Source: Squalus acanthias | Taxonomy: Eukaryota | Assembly: GCA_030390025.1 (NCBI GenBank) | Contig: CM059432.1 | Coordinates: forward strand, 36,830,001 to 36,894,000 | Reading direction: 5' to 3' | Length of the DNA stretch: 64,000 nucleotides | Shown: piece by piece, positions 12,558 through 25,258 of the stretch | Layout: each line of letters starts with the position of its first letter | How positions within the stretch are numbered: the first letter of the stretch is position 1 | Position numbers and translations under genes: made by a program | The notes under the pieces: generated by a model | What the model saw: the letters and a program-made list of their open reading frames with translations, nothing else | Database searches by the model: none | Told to the model about the DNA's origin: nothing

Positions 12558-14099
12558 GGGAAATAAACTTGCAAGAGCTACGGGGATAGAGCGGGTGAAT
12601 GGGACTGACTGGATCGCTCTACAGAGAGCCGGCACGGACTCGGTGGGCCGAATGGCCTCCTTCAGTGCCATTATGACTCTACTGCTTCCAGTATGAAGCA
12701 GCATATTTCACTGATGGAGGCAAAGGACTGTAACTAAGGTTTAGCGAGAAGTTTTCTCAGTGGTATTTTGCGATCTTTTCCGTTATATATTCTGATGATG
12801 TCAGGTTCTGTTCAGATGTATGGAGGTACCCGATCGACAACACGGGGCTGATATAAGCTTCTTGGGACATTTTCTCTGTAAAGTGAGCTATATAAATGCA
12901 AACACTTGTTATATGAAACATGTGTCTCTCAGAATGGATTCTGAATCAGCAGTGTGAGTTTTAAACTTTGACCAACACACCCCTCTGTTGACTTAGGCTG
13001 GAGGGCGAGGCTGTGGCAAAATTCTTGCTATACCATTGAGCAATTCAACCTGACAGAGGAGCTAACTTTCATTCTCACAACATTCATATATAGATCAAAA
13101 AAAATATCCAAACAAGTATAATCACTTCGCTTATTCTGTCTACTGATAGCAACATGCAAAAGAAAGGAAAAACACTTGAACCAATACACTTTAATGTTGG
13201 GCAATGTCTCGGGTGCAACATTGAATTCAAGACTTGAAACTCCTCCCACTGCACACTGTGGTTTTCAAACCTGCTCTGTCGGGGGTAACCCTAATGTAAC
13301 ATACCCCTGGGGACCTCCTATCCTAACTTCATAAAGATGGCATCAACTACACAAAACAGCGTTATCAGAGCAAACGATGATTTTTATTAAAAGATATGCA
13401 GTATAAATAAAATCAGAGTACAACAACAAATACAGAAAATACAGAAATATGATGGACTTACCAAAATCTAACCTGAGGGGGAGGGGGCTGAAATCCCTTA
13501 GGGTTTGGTAATCCTAATTTGAAAATACATGTCCAAGTATTATAAACCTTAAAATGGTGTGTCCAGACACAAACTAAGTGCACACAGAATTAAAATCCCA
13601 CTCACCAAGCACTGTGCTCTACTGAAGCTCATGTAAAAACTAGCAGGAAAAATATCATATGCCCACCATTACCGAGTGACAAGACTAGAATGATTATTAA
13701 AATAATAGTAATTTCCACAATGCTTCTGTGTGTTTTAAGTTCTTACAGTATACATTCATTTTTATTAACGCTATCCAACCGATCGTATGTGTACAGCAAA
13801 CCATTTAAGCGGGGGATCTATTTTGTGTTTTCCAGTGTACTTGTAAATAAATTAACTGCTTCCACTCTCAATTACTTAATGAGTCGTAATTACTTAGGAT
13901 TTTTTGCCCAATCATTTTTGTTGTCTTTTCGTTAATGAGATGCACCATGAAGAAAATGAGGATTAAGGGTAAACAGCGAGGCTTAATGCTGCTGAATACT
14001 GATGGAATAATTAATATCCTAAAAGTGTTGAATCAGAATTCTATCTTTCAAAGACACTTCACTTTATTATGAAAATGTGCTTTCAGGTTAAAAAGACTG

Positions 14100-14430
14100 C
14101 AGTTTGGTCCCAATCTCCGCTGAGTTAGCTGATCTCAATGAAGTCAATAGTTGGGAATGCTATAACTGGCATCAGAAAATTGGCTTGGGAGGGGGCAGGT
14201 GATAAATTAAGTCAGCCACATTAAGTATTCTGGATCACTATCTAATGTCGGGACATCAGGTGAGGACAGGATCAAGCCTGGCTGAGATGCCTACTATGTT
14301 TGAATACTTGTCGACACTCACTGTCTCTGCTCACAAATGAAGAATAGCCACTGAGGTGAGATATTGGAGTGGTTGCTGATGCCCGTTGAACCATACGCCA
14401 CTGTGAGTCAGCGCATTCAGGAAGGGAAAA
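14100..14430 (+). mobile_element. Old unnamed SINE-like repeat (same family as 4012-4230)
   Basis: gctgagttagctgatctca, ggtgaggacaggatc and gaagaatagccact blocks. Confidence 0.55.
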
Positions 14431-14848
14431 TTAGAAAACAATAAGACTGCACAAAACATCAATCACAAATGCCAACCTCAAGGCACAAGGGACATCTGGT
14501 TGGTGATCCAATGCACAGTACCACATGGTAAGGTTTCAATCTATTTCATACTTCCAGGAGGCAGTTCTCAACAGAGACGAGGTTTTCTAGAAATAGTCTG
14601 TGCTGGCGCCAGTATTCCCAATTGCCACTCTCCATGTTTAAGTTAAAAATAAATACAATAAAGTTGTCATTTTACACTACTGTTTTATTTTGATTCTCTT
14701 ACAACAAATATATTTTCAAACAGGATTAATACAGATACAGAACAATGGTTCAATGTTTTTAAGATTGACTTCCCTGATTATTTTAAAAATCATCACTTGT
14801 TTCTCTGTTCTTCCCCTCCTCCCAACACCAATGGCTGATTAGTAAATG

Positions 14849-15091
14849 ATGCGGAGATGCCGGTGTTGGACTGGGGTGGACAAAAATGAGAAGTCGCACA
14901 ACACCAGGTTATAGTCCAACAGTTTTATTTGAAATTACGAAATCAACCGGGATCTCGGATCGCGTCTGTGAACCAGACAACGACGTCGGGTCACATCCTG
15001 TGGCGTGACGTGAAACCGCGATCCCGGTTGATTTCGTAATTTCAAATAAAACTGTTGGACTATAACCTGGTGTTGTGCGACTTCTCATTTT
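14849..15091. mobile_element. Fold-back element (probably Penelope-like terminus) with perfect 74-bp inverted arms and a 13-bp TSD
   Basis: Arms 14881-14954 and 15020-15093 are exact reverse complements; TSD tgattagtaaatg at 14836-14848 and 15092-15104; PLE assignment from recall. Confidence 0.8.
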
Positions 15092-16469
15092 TGATTAGTA
15101 AATGCACTACTTACAGGAGCTAGGCTATAGACTTACAGTAACTAAATAACAAATTCCATTTTTATTAACAAGGACTAGAGGATTTTAACTGGTGTTTTGG
15201 GGAGCACATTCCTCAATTCGCTTTGTTTTTCCATGAAAACCAAAAATCAATAGCCTTGGCAACAATTCATTCAAACTTGGGAAGGTTTAATACTATTAAC
15301 ACAGCTGCCGTTTATGGAAACAGGGAAACAGGAGTTAGTCATTCAGCCCCTCAAGCCTGTTCCGCCATTCTATTAGATCATGGCTGATGTGTATCTGTTG
15401 GAGTGAGCAGAGGGCAAAATGAGCCTCAGCCTTGTGGCTAGAGTGGGTGGGGGGAGTGGAACGCTTGTCAGGGTTCCAGCACCTCTGTTGGACGAGGACA
15501 GTATCAAAATACCTCGAAAGCCCCCCAACACTGTCGTCAAATAGTTCACTGATATTACCCAGGCTCACACGAAGAATTTAACACATTGTAAAGTACTGCT
15601 ACTTCCTGTGAACTGTACTTCTGCACAAATGACTACTTTCAGAGAAAAATTATGTAGAAGGCAACAGAAGAAGAAATTGAAAAGCAAATAAAGAAACTAT
15701 ACTTGCAACATTGATTCTATGAACATTCCTCCAATTAAAGGACCTGTATTACATAAATTTAAGACAGCTGCAGCATGAACTTTATTCCTTCAATTAAAAC
15801 AAAAAGTGAGGTATTCACTAACACAATTCCATGACTCACTCATCAAGCAGGCCCCATCAACGCACCTACTCCTCCTCTCCTTCAACCAAGTGACCAACAA
15901 GGTCGCCTCCTTATATGTTTTGTCCCCTCAGGGGATACAGCTATCGGCCCGATCATCAAAATGTGCCGAACTGTGCAATTGTACGAGAACCTCAACGTAT
16001 GTATCCACAAGGGCCATGTCATCATAACACAACTACAGATGCTTTTACACTGCGCTTGTGCTACATGGTTCATCAAACACAGGTTTACAAAGTTGGATCA
16101 AAGCCAAAAGTAAATCTCCACGAACTTGCTAAGAAGAGCAGTGGCCCTGATGACCTGCTAAAAGAGGGTCTTCATTGCTGGCGATCTTCGTGAATTCTGG
16201 CAGTTTTACATTTTGTTTGGAGCCGTCTGCACAAAACCAGTACTTGGAAAACCCAGCAGCACAAGCACAAATCTCATGCAATGTAAATGCAGCTCATGCG
16301 ATCATGTGTGCATTGTACTGTGAGCTGAGGAACTGCATGAATCTTTTTTGTATAATACAATATAAAAATAAATCATAGGAAAACTCTGCGAAACAAATCT
16401 CTGTATAGGTAACATTTTAAATAAAGGTCTACTCTATAAAAATTATCCGAGAGTGATCTGATGGAGGAG

Positions 16470-16985
16470 TTCAAAATAACAAACGGGAATTGACTGGGTA
16501 GGTAGGGAACGGTTCTTCCCTCTGGTAGAGGAATCCAGAGCAAGGGGCCATAACATTAGCATTTGAGTCAGGCTGGTTAAAAGTGAATCCAGGAAAAACT
16601 TTCATGAGGAAGGTTGCAAGAATGGGGAACCACTGCCCCCATCTCAAAAATAACATCGAAGTTAGTTTATCTATAAGTTTAAGAATCTGGAATATTTGAG
16701 AAACATCTCCAGCCTTCTCTTCAGGAGTCTTTGAGATGAGTTTGGTTGCCCTTTTCTGCACTGCCTCCAACGTGCAGAATGTCCGTGTTATGTACAATGA
16801 CCACAATTGTACACCGTAATCTAGGTGTGGTCTTGCCATATTCATACCAGTACCAAACATTGTGATTGTGATATATCCCTCTGGCTATTCAGCCCAATGA
16901 ACACTAAGATTTTCTTACTGTTGCTGAACTCAGCACTGTTGGTTTCATTGAGCTATCCATCAATACTCTTGGTTCCCACTTGCTA
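16470..16985 (-). mobile_element. Old CR1 fragment
   Basis: RPHLDYGVQLWS, LEAVQKRATKLI. Confidence 0.7.
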
Positions 16986-17054
16986 ATGTCCAAAACCTAC
17001 AGGAATTTACTTTATAACTCTCAAATTAAAATCCTACCCGAATCTCACTGAGGG

Positions 17055-17530
17055 ATATGGTACTGCAATGGTATGGTACTGCATTAACAACCCAGAGGTT
17101 GTGAATTCAAATCATTACCACGGCAATTTGGGAAAGTGGATTCAATAAATCTGGTAATTTATTTTATTCATACTCAGGATGTGGAAATCACTGGCAAGGC
17201 CGGCAATTCTTAAACTGTCATGGTGGGATTTGAACTCACTTTCTGTATTATTAAACCAGGCCTCTAGATTACTTGTACAGTAACATAACCACTACACTGT
17301 TATACCCTTGTATGTGAACTGGCACCAAAAAATGACACTGAAAGCTGCTGGATTGTTTTAGAAACTCAACTCGTTTTTGGGAAGGGAACTTCTCACCCCT
17401 ACCTGTCTGGCCTACATGTGACTCCAAGCACACAATGAGGTTGACTCTTAATGCCCTCACAGCAACTGGGATGGGCAATAAATACTGCCTTGCCAGCATT
17501 GCCGACATCTCAAGAACAGAAATATTAAAA
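17055..17530. mobile_element. Fragments (both strands) of a tRNA-derived SINE carrying the Crack-like LINE tail
   Basis: ttcaaatc...tgaattcaataaa head; tail gggatgggcaataaatactgccttgccagc shared with 21835-21875. Confidence 0.6.
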
Positions 17531-17559
17531 ATGACCTTACATTTAATGCAATTTTCCAC

Positions 17560-18680
17560 ATAACTAGATCTCTGCATTTAGTTAGCCCCTTCCCTGTTTG
17601 AACAAGCCCAATTTGGTGACATCTGTAAACACATATCTTTGTTTTTGTTTCAAGCTTCAAATCATACATGGTGCACAGCAGTGGCCCAGCACTAATCTGT
17701 GGAACCCTGCTAGCAATTCCTTGTCATATCGACGCAGCTCCATTCACAACCATTCTTCGCTTTCTCCAGTTTAAACCAATTTTCGATTGATTTCAGAAGC
17801 GTGCCTCCTAGCCCAGGTCTTCCTATCTTATGGAGTAATTGCTTATTTGGCATGGTATCAAAAACATTGCTGAAACCTGAATACATCAGTGACAAGTTCT
17901 GTTTTTAAAAATTCTGTAATTTCCTTTAAGACCTTCATTTCATAAATGCACACTTATTCCCACTTTCCATACCATATCTATCTGTTTCATTTTCCCTCTT
18001 ACAGAATAACTTTGAATACTTTCCCCACGACAGATGTTAGACACGCTGGCCTGTATTACCCTTTTTTAAAGATTGGTGTTCTGCTAGCTACTATCCAATC
18101 CTCAGGCACTAATTCCATTTCTCATAGTGGTGGAAATTCAAGTTGCCAACATACCTAATAATCTATTAAGGGTGAATATAAAATGAACCAGAATCCTATT
18201 TTCAGAAGCAGTATTTTTTGCCCAGTTGAAAAGGATGAGACAACATTTGTTAACAACTTGGATAAGTAGATCCTAAGAAAATGAACAGCCCTTAGGCACA
18301 GCTAGCCCAACACCATAACATAGATTAATCCCATCTATCCACCTTCACACCGTATCCCTCAATCACTTCAGAAATACATTCAACTGCCTCGAACCCTTTT
18401 ATACTGTCCCTTTCAATCACCAGCCCCAGTAACTCGTTACACAAGTCAATGACTCTTCAGATAAAAACATTCCATCTGACTTTCTTTCTTACTCTTAACT
18501 TCCTCATTTTTAACTTGAGTCTGAAACCTTTGCTGTTGAACAATTCAAGTGAATCAATTTAGCAAATTTCCTTCAGAAACATGAAAACTTTAATAACCAC
18601 AGTCTCCTCTTCTTCATAGAAAACCCAACTTCTCCAACCTTTCTCAAAACAAATTACCAATACCTGTAGTTATCTTTGTC
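17560..18680 (-). mobile_element. Very old CR1 RT and 3' fragments
   Basis: FSNVFDTMPNKQLLHKI...IENW remnants; degenerate CR1 3' end near 18300-18680. Confidence 0.55.
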
Positions 18681-18959
18681 GGTAAGGTGAAAAAGCAAAA
18701 TCAGGGATATTAGTGGAAAACTATCTTCACACTGTATGGCAACAGTTGGGAACACAACACATCTTTAAAGTGCAAATCTACAAGGATGTGACACTCAACA
18801 TAAAAGCATTAGTGGAAAACAATGAGCATGGTGAGCAGCTGTGGTTATCCCAATTACTAAAATATGGGAGCTGAAAAGAACTCGAAATTCAGTATGGATG
18901 AAATCAGGCCTTTTGTTTTATTCCAGCTATCTCCTCTCTTCTGAATTGCTTACTCTTCC

Positions 18960-19265
18960 AAGAGCACAGTTCCAGGGCTGGGGCATTCCAGCACCTGGTC
19001 CAAGTGACCCCATTCTTCATGCGTGAATTTGAACAGGGGCTGTTAGCAGCCTATTCCACAGAGAAGGCAACACCAGCCAAGACAAATCTTGACCTCATAG
19101 GAGCAGTTTCCAGTAGAAGTCACTGGACAGTAAGCAGGATTGGGAACCCTGGCTGAATTTTGTCCCTCCCTAGCCGCGATGGGCTCAGGCCAATTATAAC
19201 ATCCCAGAATCGGAACTCAGGCTTAGATCAACTAAGTCAGCACAGACTTTCTGGTTGATGTGGCA
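18960..19265 (-). mobile_element. Old unnamed SINE-like repeat
   Basis: Reverse homology to 14100-14430. Confidence 0.55.
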
Positions 19266-19716
19266 CGTGAGCATCTTCACTCAGGAAGCCATCACCAAAG
19301 TTGAATTAATCTTAACGGTGAATTGTAAGTAATTTAATTTTCACATTGAAACTGATATCAGAAGACAAGAGTGATGAATCGAGGAGTGTGCAGGCTTCAT
19401 TAAAGACTCATTGCTAAATGAGGCAATTTGATGACGGGTAAGCTGCCGTAGCAGGACCATAGAAAATGAGTAACTACTGCCTGGTCACCCTCTCCATCAA
19501 GTACACTACAGAGGAAAAAAAAAAATCACACTTGTGCTAAAACGCTTTGATGTTGCGGACTTCTCTTAATTCATCATCTCAAATTGGCTCGACCACTTGT
19601 GTAACTACCAAGATATCCTAGTGAGCAACAGGTCCATGATTGTACCGTTGGGTGTTTTTCTCACTTCAAGTGGACGCCACACCCAAAAATTGACACACAC
19701 ATCAGCATAGTTTTTC

Positions 19717-19978
19717 TTGAGCACATAATCTAGGCTGACACTTCAGTGCAGTATTGGGGGAGGTGCCATCTTTCAGATGAGACATTAAACTGAGGGCCCA
19801 TCCGCTGTCTCACATGGATGTAAAAGATCCCACAGCATTTTTTTTTTTAAAAAGAGAGCAGGGGAGTTCTCCCTGTTCTCCTGGCCAACATTTATCCCTC
19901 AACTAACACCACCAAAATAGATTTTTGGTTATTAATCTCATTGCTGTTTGTGGTACCTTGCTGTGCACAAATTGGCTA
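19717..19978 (+). mobile_element. DeuSINE internal part, truncated at the LINE pair
   Basis: Deu core ends at aaattggct immediately before the LINE 3' end. Confidence 0.75.
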
Positions 19979-19983
19979 CGGAG

Positions 19984-21000
19984 TTTTATTTTTATTCGTT
20001 TATGGGATGTGGACTTCGCTGGCAAGGCCAACATTTATTGCCCATCCCAAATTGGCCTTGAGAAGGTGGTGGTGAGCCGCCTTCTTGAACCGCTACAGTC
20101 TGTGTGGTGATGGTACTCCCACACTGCTGTTAGGTCGGGAGTTCAAGGATTTTGACACAGCGACGATGATGGATCGGCGATATATTTCCAAGTCAGGATG
20201 GTGTGTGACTTGGAGGGGAACTGGAGGTGGTGGTGTTCCCATGTGCCTGCTGCCCTTGTCCTTCTAGGTGGAAGAGGTCGCAGGTTTGGGAGGTGCTGCT
20301 GAAGAAACCTTGGCGAGTTGCTGCAGTGCATCTTGTAGATGGTACACACTGCAGCCACGGTGGTGGAGGGAGCGAACGCTTAAGGCGGTGGATGGGGTGC
20401 CAATCAAGCGGGCTGCTTTGTCCTGGATGGTGTTGAGCTTCTTGAGTGTTGTTGGAGCTGCACTCATCCAGGCAAGTGGAGAGTATTCCATCCAGGCAAG
20501 TGGAGAGTATTCCATCCTTACTTGCGCCTTGTAGATGGTGGAAAGGCTTTGGGGAGTCAGGAGGTGAGACACTCGTTGCAGAATACCTTGCCTCTGACCT
20601 GCTCTTGTTGCCACAGTATTTATGTGGCTGGTCCAGTTAAGTTTCTGGTCAATGGTGACCCCCCAGGATGTTGATGGTGGGGGATTCAGCGATGGTAATG
20701 CCACTGAATGTCTCGGGGCGGTGGTTAAACGCTTGATTGTTGGTGATAGTCTTTGCCTGGCACTTATCAGCCCAAGCCTGAATTTCATTCAGGTCTTGTT
20801 GCATGCGGGCATGGACTGCTTCGTTATCTGAGGAGTTGCGAATGGCACTGAACACTGTGCAGTCATGGGTGAACATCCCCATTTCTGACCTTATGTTGGA
20901 GGGAAGATCATTGATGAAGCAGCTAAAGATGGTTGGGCCGAGGACACGGCCCTGAGGAACTCCTGCAGCGATGTCCTGGGGCTGTGATGATTGACCTCCA
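19984..21000 (-). mobile_element. CR1-group (Crack/Daphne-like) LINE, 5'-truncated
   Basis: AGVPQGRVLGPTIFSCFINDLP, GVTIDQKLNWTSHIN, EYSPLAWMSAA; 3' tail at 19984-20060; 24-bp tandem duplication at 20465-20512. Confidence 0.88.
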
Positions 21001-21895
21001 ATGGGGATGTCCGCTGATGATTGCACAGTATTCAGTTCCATTCGCAACTCCTCAGATTATGAAGCAATTCATGCCCACATGCAGCAAGACCTGGACAACA
21101 TTCAGGCTTGGGCAGATAAGTGGCAAGTAACATTCGCGCCACACAAGTGCCAGGCAATGACCATCTCCAACAAGAGAGTCTAGCCATCTCCTCATGACAT
21201 TCAAGGAGATTATCATCGTCAAATCCCACACCATCGACACCCTGGGGGGTCACCATTGACCAGAAACTTAACTGGACCAACAACATAAATACTGTGGCAA
21301 CAAGATCAGGTCAGAGCCTGTGTATTCTGCAGCAAGTGACTCACCTCCAGACTCCCCAAAGCCTTTCTACCATCTACAAGGCTCAAGTCATGAGTGTGAT
21401 GGAATAATGTCCACTTGCCTGGATGAGTGCAGCTCCAACAACACTCAAGAAGCTCGACACCGCCCAGTTAAAAGCAGCCTGCTTGATTGGCACCCCATCC
21501 ACCACCTTAAACATTTGCTCCCTCCACCACCGGTACACAGTGGCTGCAGTGTGTACCATCTACAAGATGCACTGCAGCAACTCGCCAAGGCTTCTTCGGC
21601 AGCACCTCCCAAACCCGCGACCTCTACCATCTGGAAGGACAAGGGCAGTAGGCGCAGGGGAACACCATCACCTGCAAGTTCCCCTCCATCCTGACTTGGA
21701 AATATCGCCGTTCCTGCATAGTCGCTGGGTCAAAGTCCTGGAACTCCCTCCCTTACAGCACTGTGGGAGTACCTTCACCTCACGGACTCCAATGGTTCAA
21801 GAAGGCGGCTCACCACCACCTTCAAGGGCAATTAGGGATGGGCAATAAATGCTGGCCTTGCCAGCGACGCCCACATCCCAAGAAAGAATTTAAAA
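21001..21895 (+). mobile_element. Same LINE family, 5'-truncated, head-to-head with the previous copy
   Basis: MSADDCTVF, WADKWQVTFAPHKCQAMTIS, MSAAPTTLKKLD; tail gggatgggcaataaatgctggccttgccagcgacgcccacatccc. Confidence 0.88.
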
Positions 21896-23225
21896 ATGTA
21901 AAGCATTAATCTCTTTTCAGGCACATTAGCCAACTTTATTTCTCCCCTTCAACCTCTCCAATGGATTAATATTCCATTTATCTACTAGGTTCACTTGCAC
22001 TGTCTAAATGTATCGTATTTAAATAATTTAATTTTTAAACTTTCAACATTATTTGCTTCCCAGTAATTCCAACACCAAATGGTAGAAGGATAGGACAGCA
22101 GCTGGTGGTAGTGAGCATGGAAAAATGAGGAAGGAAATTTTCTGGCAATGTTTGAACTGATGGAAATTGTTTGCAAGTCTATGTGCTTTTTACCACCCTA
22201 TGCAAATGTAGATTTTATGCATCACTGCCAGTTCTAACGTTTTGCATTAGCAAGATTCTACCATATATACAAATGCTGGTTCCCACTTCCAGCCATTGAG
22301 GTTAACCCAGGCAGCGTTCTGTTTATCAGTTTCATTTTTAAACTGAAGGAGAAAAATCCCACTCTTACATCCATGGTTTGGAGTTCCTCAAACTGGAAGT
22401 TAAGCTGTGTTTAGATTATGATTGTAGTCTCTGCATGGTACCTGCTCTGTTGATCAACACAGTGGAGGCTCTCCCGGACACAACTGTGATCCAGTGTTAC
22501 GGTGTGCATTGAAAAGCAGATTAATAGTGCTTGGATGGTGTAGAGTGTCGTGTTATAACACTGGCCCATTGTAGAGTCGAGTACGAGCCCCCACAAAGTT
22601 CTTGATCTCATCCCGTCCGGCTTGACGGCAGGGATGAGATCAAGTTAACCTGGTTGCTCTCAGAGTGAGAGTTGGCAGTAAGTCACCCTAGCATGCAAGG
22701 GAAATGTGCGCAATGCTGGGGAACAAAGAAAAGACAAGACAGGCACATACATACAGACACATATACAGATGCAGAGCAGCAAAGATGATTACAAAAATAA
22801 AAATACATGTAAATGGGAAGCAGTGAGGATAAACTGGAAAATTGCTGTTTATACAGCAGAAAATTGCATCACTCTCTCTCTCTCGAGCAGAGGAGGGTAC
22901 AATGAGAAAACTAGAACACAGTGCAGGAATTGGAGACATGAGCAGCACAGCATTGCATGCCCCACCAACCTAACGACAAACCACTTGAAAAAAAACTGAA
23001 ACAGGAAATTAAAACCCGGCTAGTTTAAGATGACTAGACAGAAGAAAATGGCACAACAAAATTATGTGCCAGTCTGCACAGTATGTTGTTCAAAGTTATC
23101 CTCTATTTTTACCTTGCAATATTCTGTTAAAAGTTAAAACCCAAAGGAAAAAAAAGTTTAAAAACATTACAAGCAGGCTATAACACAACCTGGGATAAGA
23201 ATGAACTGTTCACAAATTCTTTTTA

Positions 23226-23438
23226 ACAACAGAAAACGCTGGAAAAACTCAGCAGGCCAGGCAGCATCCGTGGAGAGAGAAACAGAGTTAACGTTTCAGG
23301 TCGAAGACCTTTCAGGACCTTTTGACCTGAAACATTAACTCTGTTTCTCTCTCCACGGATGCTGCCTGGCCTGCTGAGTTTTTCCAGCGTTTTCTGTTGT
23401 TATTTCGGATTTCCAGCACCCGCAGTATTTTGCTATCG
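23226..23438. mobile_element. PLE-derived fold-back element with 79-bp arms and a 15-bp TSD
   Basis: Arms 23224-23302 and 23324-23402 (one mismatch); TSD cacaaattcttttta at 23211-23225 and 23439-23453. Confidence 0.85.
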
Positions 23439-23713
23439 CACAAATTCTTTTTATTGGGTCAAAATTCTACTCCTGGTGTTTACCAGTAAAGATATTTCTA
23501 CAGAACGAGCATATTAAGTAATCATTAAGAATAAAAAAACCACACGGCAAGTATTTTCTTCCCTCTGAAAGTTACTCCACAGCAAGCATGACCTTGCTTC
23601 CATGCCCCTCGCACCCCCTTACTCTGCAACACATTCATTGGGAAGCATGCCCAAGTAACATAACTGAACGCTCCCATTAACACACTCAACCAGCAGGTAA
23701 GCATTACCTCTAA

Positions 23714-23821
23714 GAAAGGAAAGAAACAAAAAAAGAAAACAAAGAGAGAAAGAGAAAGAAAGAAAGGAGAAAGAAAGAGAAAGAAAGAGAAAGAAGAAAG
23801 AGAAAGAAAGAAAGAGAAAGA
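23714..23821. repeat. (GAAA/GAGAAA)n purine microsatellite, expanded SINE tail
   Basis: Near-pure A/G tract abutting the 3' end of the minus-strand DeuSINE. Confidence 0.9.
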
Positions 23822-24253
23822 AAGGACTTGTATTTATATAGCACTTTTCACGGCCACCGGACGTCCCAAAGTGCTTTTGAAGTGTAGTCACTGTGGTAAT
23901 GTAGGAAACATGACAGCCAATTTGCGCACAACAAGCTCCTACAAACAGCAAAGTGATAATGACCAGATAATCTGTTTTAGTGATGTTGATTGAGGAATAA
24001 ATATTGGCCAGCACACCGGGGATAACTCCCCTGCTCTTCTTCGAAATAGTGCCGTCGGATCTTCTCCGTCCAGACGGGGCCTCAGTTGAACGTCTCATCC
24101 GAAAGACAGCACCCTCCAAAAGTGCAGCACTCCCTCAGCACTGCATTGGAGTGTCAGCCTAGATTTTTGTGCTCAAGTCTCTGGAGTGGGACTTGAACCC
24201 ACAACCTTCTGACTCAGAGGTGAGTGCGCTACCCACTGAGCCACGGCTGACAC
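23822..24253 (-). mobile_element. DeuSINE, near full-length and young
   Basis: High reverse-complement identity to 47446-47905. Confidence 0.88.
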
Positions 24254-24606
24254 TCCAATCCAAGCAGCCTTACAGAAAGGGTACAATTTATGGGCTGCAT
24301 TCTTCAGCCCAGAGGTGTCTAAGCTACAGGTCGTGGGCTGTATAAGGCTCCCAAGCCTTGGCATTCTGGCCCAGACAACTTCACTTTCTACTGGTGCTTA
24401 TATTTCTTACTTGCTGGTTTGTCCTAATTGAATTTGATAACCCCAGAGGCTCAGAAGGGGCTGCTCTTAAGTGCCGCTGCCCATTAATGGATAAATCTTA
24501 AATCAGAACACCAAGATCTATTATCTGCAGCAATAGGCATGTAAATTAATAGGAACATTCCTATATGAGCCTATGAAGGTCCATGTTATGAACCTAAATG
24601 GCCCTT

Positions 24607-25215
24607 AAGAACATAATGTAAAAAATAGGAGCAGGAGTGGGCCATTCGAGCCTGCTACGCCATTAAACAAGATCATGACTGGTCTTCTACCTCAACTTCA
24701 CTTTCCTGCACTATCCCCATATCCCTTGATATCCAAAAATCTATCGATTTCTGTCTTGAATACACTCAATGACTGAGCATCCACCGCCCTCACAGGTAGA
24801 GAATTCCAAAGGCTCAGTGATTGAGTGAAGAATTTTCTCCTCATCTCAGTCCTAAATGGCCAACCCCTTATTCTGAGACGGTGACCCCAATTCTTGACTC
24901 CTCAGCCAAGGGGAACATTCTCCCAGCATCTACCCCGTCAAACCCCTTAAGAATTTTATATGTTGCAGTGAGATCACCTCTCATTCTTTTAAACGCTAGG
25001 GAATATAGACCTAGTCTACTCAATCTCTCCTCATAGGATAATCCCCTCATCCCAGAAATCAGTCTAGTGAACCTTTGTTGCACTCCCTCTATGGCAAGTA
25101 TATCCTTCCTTAGGTAAAGAAACCAAAACTGTACACAATACTCCAGGTGTGGTCTCACCAAGGCCCTATATAATTGCAATAAGACTTCTTAAATCTTATA
25201 CTCCAATCCCTTTGT
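24607..25215 (-). mobile_element. CR1 3' fragment
   Basis: LYRALVRPHLEYCVQFW, RMRGDL; CR1 tail. Confidence 0.88.
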
Positions 25216-25258
25216 AGAAGCTGAAGATAAAGACCTTGGATACTAGCACATGCAATGA

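Larger units (their letters stand above)
7260..12681 (+). mobile_element. Near full-length CR1 LINE (5'UTR, ORF1, ORF2, 3'UTR), decayed and interrupted by an L2
   Basis: ORF1 with Cys/His finger-like, leucine-zipper and esterase motifs; ORF2 APE endonuclease and RT motifs; 3' end gggccgaatggcctccttc...ttatgactcta; 5' boundary approximate. Confidence 0.92.

Noticed and set aside
13462..13472. 11-nt minus-strand microexon (ccctcAG...GTAAGT)
   Set aside because: Not frame-preserving and lies in a possible old hAT-MITE remnant; unsupported
23303..23323. Active hammerhead in this fold-back copy
   Set aside because: The CTGANGA core is deleted or truncated at the palindrome centre on both strands
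23619..24119. 166-aa ORF with a hydrophobic F/L/S tract
   Set aside because: Translation of a DeuSINE and its (TTTC)n tail
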